45,757 bases of DNA from Candidatus Woesearchaeota archaeon (GTDB lineage Archaea > Nanobdellota > Nanobdellia > Woesearchaeales > GW2011-AR4). Shown in pieces: positions 43,050-45,757 of this stretch. The notes beneath the pieces were generated by a model. The model did not search any database and was not told the DNA's origin. It saw only the letters and a program-made list of their open reading frames with translations. Positions within the stretch are counted from its first letter, which is position 1, and each line of letters starts with the position of its first letter. The stretch lies in contig JAGVXR010000058.1 in NCBI GenBank assembly GCA_018303645.1, positions 1 to 45,757 of the forward strand, written 5' to 3'. The position numbers and the translations under genes are program-made.

Positions 43050-43505
43050 TCAAGGTGAAAGACTTTCTGGTAACCACCAATTGTCTTTTTCTATAGTAAC
43101 TTTTAGAGCTTTTAACATATCTTCTAAGTTATAGTTTCTAATTTTTCTGACTTGACCTTTATATTTTTCAAAAGTTCTAATTGGATATCCAAATCTAACA
43201 ACTTGTCCTACTTCTATATACGTATGAGAACCTTCATCTACAGGAACTATACTAACCTTTGCCTTTCTTTTACCTGTGCCAGAATGATTGATACGTGTCA
43301 GTTCTACCCCAAATTTGACAGCATCATCCAAAACAAATCTTTTCACACTTTTTGGCTCTCCATAAAAACTACTTTCCCATCCAGCTTTAGGTTTAAAATC
43401 TGCATCTTGCTCAAAGGCAGTTGTTTCCGTATATAATCTCACTACCCTTCCATTCATTCTTTTATTAATATGGTAATAATCCACTAAAATTGCATATTTT
43501 ATCAT
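43050..43505 (-). CDS. Hypothetical protein (second gene of a two-gene unit)
   Basis: 151-aa ORF with SD GGTGGT 6 nt upstream of the ATG. Confidence 0.5.
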   Translation of the reverse strand: MIKYAILVDYYHINKRMNGRVVRLYTETTAFEQDADFKPKAGWESSFYGEPKSVKRFVLDDAVKFGVELTRINHSGTGKRKAKVSIVPVDEGSHTYIEVGQVVRFGYPIRTFEKYKGQVRKIRNYNLEDMLKALKVTIEKDNWWLPESLSP

Positions 43506-43540
43506 TTTTAACCACCATCAAGTTTTCTAATCATTTTTAA

Positions 43541-43942
43541 TCACCCTAAATTGGAACTTTCTTTTTCATATTTTAAAACCATATAAAAATAAACTCCAAG
43601 CAAAGGGGGCCGAGTTAGCCGTGCTGGGTGCACCTCTACTGATTTGTCACTCATTCTTACTTCAAGCTCTGGTTGTCTATTGAAAATGCCAATCTGTGCT
43701 TTTGGCGAGTAATAATATCCAGCCTTGTGGTTTTCGTATTTTGGTTGAACGTGAGGAATACTATCATCAAATACAACTTCAAACAGCGATTTTTCCGTTC
43801 CAAAAGCACCTAATGTCTTCCTACTTATTGTATCTATTATGTGCATGCTAAAATCATTTTTTCTTAAAAATGCGTATAATATCTCCCAAACTCTATCATT
43901 TTCTGACTCTGGTTTCTGTTCTTCAGTAATTTTAACCACCAT
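43541..43942 (-). CDS. Hypothetical protein (first gene of a two-gene unit)
   Basis: TTTAAATATA (43962-43971) lies 29 nt upstream of ATG 43942. The track's GTG 43960 is less likely. Confidence 0.5.
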   Translation of the reverse strand: MVVKITEEQKPESENDRVWEILYAFLRKNDFSMHIIDTISRKTLGAFGTEKSLFEVVFDDSIPHVQPKYENHKAGYYYSPKAQIGIFNRQPELEVRMSDKSVEVHPARLTRPPLLGVYFYMVLKYEKESSNLG

Positions 43943-44031
43943 CAAGTAGGAATATGACACTTATATTTAAACTTTTGTGGTATTGTAACAATACCATTAA
44001 ATTTATATACTAGTTATGGTCATCTAAGATA

Positions 44032-44772
44032 ATGGCGTTAGAATTCCTAAGAAAAATCGGGCTTTCAGATGGCGAGATTAAGGTTTATTCTTCCCTTCTT
44101 GACTTAGGAAAAGCTCCTTTGAATAAAATCCATGAAAGAACAGGCATTGAAAGAAGGAATATTTATGACATTCTGAACAAGCTAATTGAGCGTGGCTTAG
44201 TGACTTACATAAAAGAGAATAAAAAGAGATTATTCGAGATTAGCCATCCTAATAAAATAATTGGCTATGTAGAAGAAAAGAAACATGAATTGGATATAAC
44301 AAAGCAAGAAATAGAAAAAGAACTTCCTTCAATTCTCGAAAAATATAATTTTAAAAAGCCCGATATAAATGCAGAAATTTTCAGAGGCATAGAGGGGGTA
44401 AAAGCAGTTTGGGAGGATATGCTCAATCACAAAGAAATTTATTGGATTGGTTCTGGCAGATATGTTCCAAAGAGGCTTTCTATCTGGTTTTCCAATTATA
44501 ATAGAAGAAGAGTAAAACAAAAAGTAAAATGGCTAAATCTTATGAGAAATGAAATGAAAAAGGAAATAAAAAAGCCTTTAGAATTTGAGAAAATTAAATT
44601 TCTTCCAAAAGAATTCAGCGGCAATCCTACTGCTATTGGAATTTATGGCAATAAAATAGTTAATTTTTTGCTCGGAGAAGATTTTTTTGCATTTATGATA
44701 GAAAACAAGGAAATTGCAGATGATTACAGAAAATACCATAGTTTCTTATGGAACATAGCTAAAAACCAATAA
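44032..44772 (+). CDS. TrmB-family transcriptional regulator
   Basis: N-terminal wHTH LRKIGLSDGEIKVYSSLLDLGKAPLNKIHERTGIERRNIYDILNKLIERGLV. Confidence 0.75.
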   Translation: MALEFLRKIGLSDGEIKVYSSLLDLGKAPLNKIHERTGIERRNIYDILNKLIERGLVTYIKENKKRLFEISHPNKIIGYVEEKKHELDITKQEIEKELPSILEKYNFKKPDINAEIFRGIEGVKAVWEDMLNHKEIYWIGSGRYVPKRLSIWFSNYNRRRVKQKVKWLNLMRNEMKKEIKKPLEFEKIKFLPKEFSGNPTAIGIYGNKIVNFLLGEDFFAFMIENKEIADDYRKYHSFLWNIAKNQ

Positions 44773-44803
44773 CTTAATAAACCATTTTATTTCTATCAGT
44801 TTT

Positions 44804-45160
44804 ATGGGTGGTTACAAGGTAATTAATGGCAAGGTAGTCATTGGATTGGCTGAAAAAGTCAGTGTCAAGCATCATAACGGCAGGAAAAGTGTTGTTGCCA
44901 AGATAGACACAGGCGCTACAAAAAGCTCCATTGACACGAACCTTGCGGCAGAATTAAGACTTGGTCCTGTTATTAAGTCAAAACTAGTCAAGTCAGCGCA
45001 CGGCTCAAAGCTCCGCCCGATAATTGAAGCAGAAATAGAGTTAGCGGGTAAGAAAATAAAGTCAGAGTTCACTTTGGCGGACAGGGCTCACATGAAATAC
45101 AGGATTTTAATCGGGCAGAATATATTGAAGGACGGGTTTTTGATTGATCCAACAAAATGA
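44804..45160 (+). CDS. Retropepsin-like / DUF785 putative protease (RimK-associated type)
   Basis: AKIDTGATKSSID and RILIGQNIL motifs. Confidence 0.6.
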   Translation: MGGYKVINGKVVIGLAEKVSVKHHNGRKSVVAKIDTGATKSSIDTNLAAELRLGPVIKSKLVKSAHGSKLRPIIEAEIELAGKKIKSEFTLADRAHMKYRILIGQNILKDGFLIDPTK

Positions 45161-45690
45161 AAAATTTTAAAGAGAATATAGAAGGATGGCAAGTACCAAA
45201 TGAACTTGTTGAATATCGTTATAGACTAGGATTTGAAGTTAATCCAAATGGAAAAAAATGTATGACTTTTATTGGTTTGAATCCGTCAGATGCACATTAT
45301 GATTATAGATTAAAGAACTTAAAGTTAGACAAAACTGCCTATATATGTAGTGAATTTTCGTTAAATGAGGGATTTAGAGAGGTAGAATTATTAAATCTTT
45401 TTGCATACAGACATAAAGAAAAGGGGGTACTTCTTAAAGTTGAAGACCCTCTTGGTGAAAATAACGATGAATTTATCAAAAATGCGGTCGAAAAAGCTGA
45501 TAAAATAGTTGTTGCTTGGGGCAGATACTTTAATTCTAAAATCTATGAAAGAGCTAAAGAAGTAGAAAAAATACTTAAACCTCCTAAAAATAAAGTTTAT
45601 TGCATTAGAAAAAATCAAGATGGTTCACCTACTCACGCTTCACGTCAAAGTCCAAAACTAAAAATTGAAAAATTGTATTTTAATAATTAA
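45157..45690 (+). CDS. DUF1643-family protein
   Basis: FIGLNPSDA and ELLNLFAYR motifs. Its start overlaps the upstream stop (ATGA). Confidence 0.55.
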   Translation: MKNFKENIEGWQVPNELVEYRYRLGFEVNPNGKKCMTFIGLNPSDAHYDYRLKNLKLDKTAYICSEFSLNEGFREVELLNLFAYRHKEKGVLLKVEDPLGENNDEFIKNAVEKADKIVVAWGRYFNSKIYERAKEVEKILKPPKNKVYCIRKNQDGSPTHASRQSPKLKIEKLYFNN

Positions 45691-45693
45691 AAA

Positions 45694-45757
45694 ATGAAAG
45701 CAGCAGTAATGTCATTGGGAAGCAAAAGCTCGATGATGGTAATCGAGGCTATGAAGA
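45694..45757 (+). CDS. 5' end of an ORF running off the window, possibly RimK-type ATP-grasp
   Basis: MKAAVMSLGSKSSMMVIEAMK. The guess rests on the N-terminal pattern and the neighbouring DUF785 gene only. Confidence 0.3.
   Translation, partial: MKAAVMSLGSKSSMMVIEAMK

Noticed and set aside
1-45757. CRISPR arrays, diversity-generating retroelements, prophage blocks and rRNA genes
   Set aside because: No spaced direct-repeat array was seen. No reverse transcriptase or template/variable repeat pair accompanies the variable surface genes. There are no capsid, portal or terminase genes around the tail-fibre-like gene. No rRNA-like sequence was seen.
1-45757. Sigma-54 type -24/-12 promoters (TGGCAC-N5-TTGC) as targets of the RpoN-like protein
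   Set aside because: The few TGGCAC occurrences I spotted by eye (for example near 6891, 9126, 17826 on the reverse strand, and 23670) are inside coding regions and lack a TTGC element at the right spacing. The visual scan is not exhaustive.

Overview
AT-rich archaeal chromosome segment. The informational genes are archaeal/eukaryal-type: aIF-1A, ribosomal proteins S8e and L37e, an LSm protein, Pth2, Dph2 and class I LysRS. One tRNA carries intervening sequence. Most genes have a TTTAWATA-like TATA box about 30 nt upstream of the start codon, so most transcripts look leaderless; a minority use a GAGGTG Shine-Dalgarno. By inference this fits a small-genome, DPANN-type archaeon.

Layout:
- 1-19.5 kb is an accessory-looking island next to a truncated IS transposase. 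It encodes giant Cys-rich secreted proteins, a discoidin/PKD/transglutaminase protein, a pilin-like protein, a tail-fibre-like protein with a self-cleaving chaperone domain, a vapBC cassette bracketed by an exact 22-bp direct repeat, and a large subtilase broken by two frameshifts.
- 19.5-38.9 kb is mostly housekeeping: sppA, a bacterial-type lspA, aIF-1A, an endonuclease III-like gene, S8e, rmuC, LSm-L37e, two tRNAs, pth2, hom and lysK.
- 39.2-43.0 kb is a nickel/NPN-cofactor cluster (larE-larB-larC, a Ni transporter, nikR) with no larA in the window.
- The window ends with a TrmB regulator, DUF785, DUF1643 and a putative RimK start.

Most unusual items:
- A 325-aa sigma-54 (RpoN) homologue that lacks the core-binding domain, sitting among archaeal genes.
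- An adjacent ORF-free block of about 260 nt with its own promoter-like elements, a candidate ncRNA.
- A tRNA-Lys(CUU) that only folds canonically if two short introns are removed.
- A 31-codon upstream ORF that recodes the L37e N-terminus (MKGTPS) with synonymous codons and overlaps the L37e start.
- An N-terminally truncated Dph2.

Four gene disruptions can each be repaired by a +/-1 nt change, three at short homopolymers (larC needs none, though a T4 run is one option). They may be sequencing errors rather than biology. All calls come from reading the sequence and from motif memory; no database search was run.
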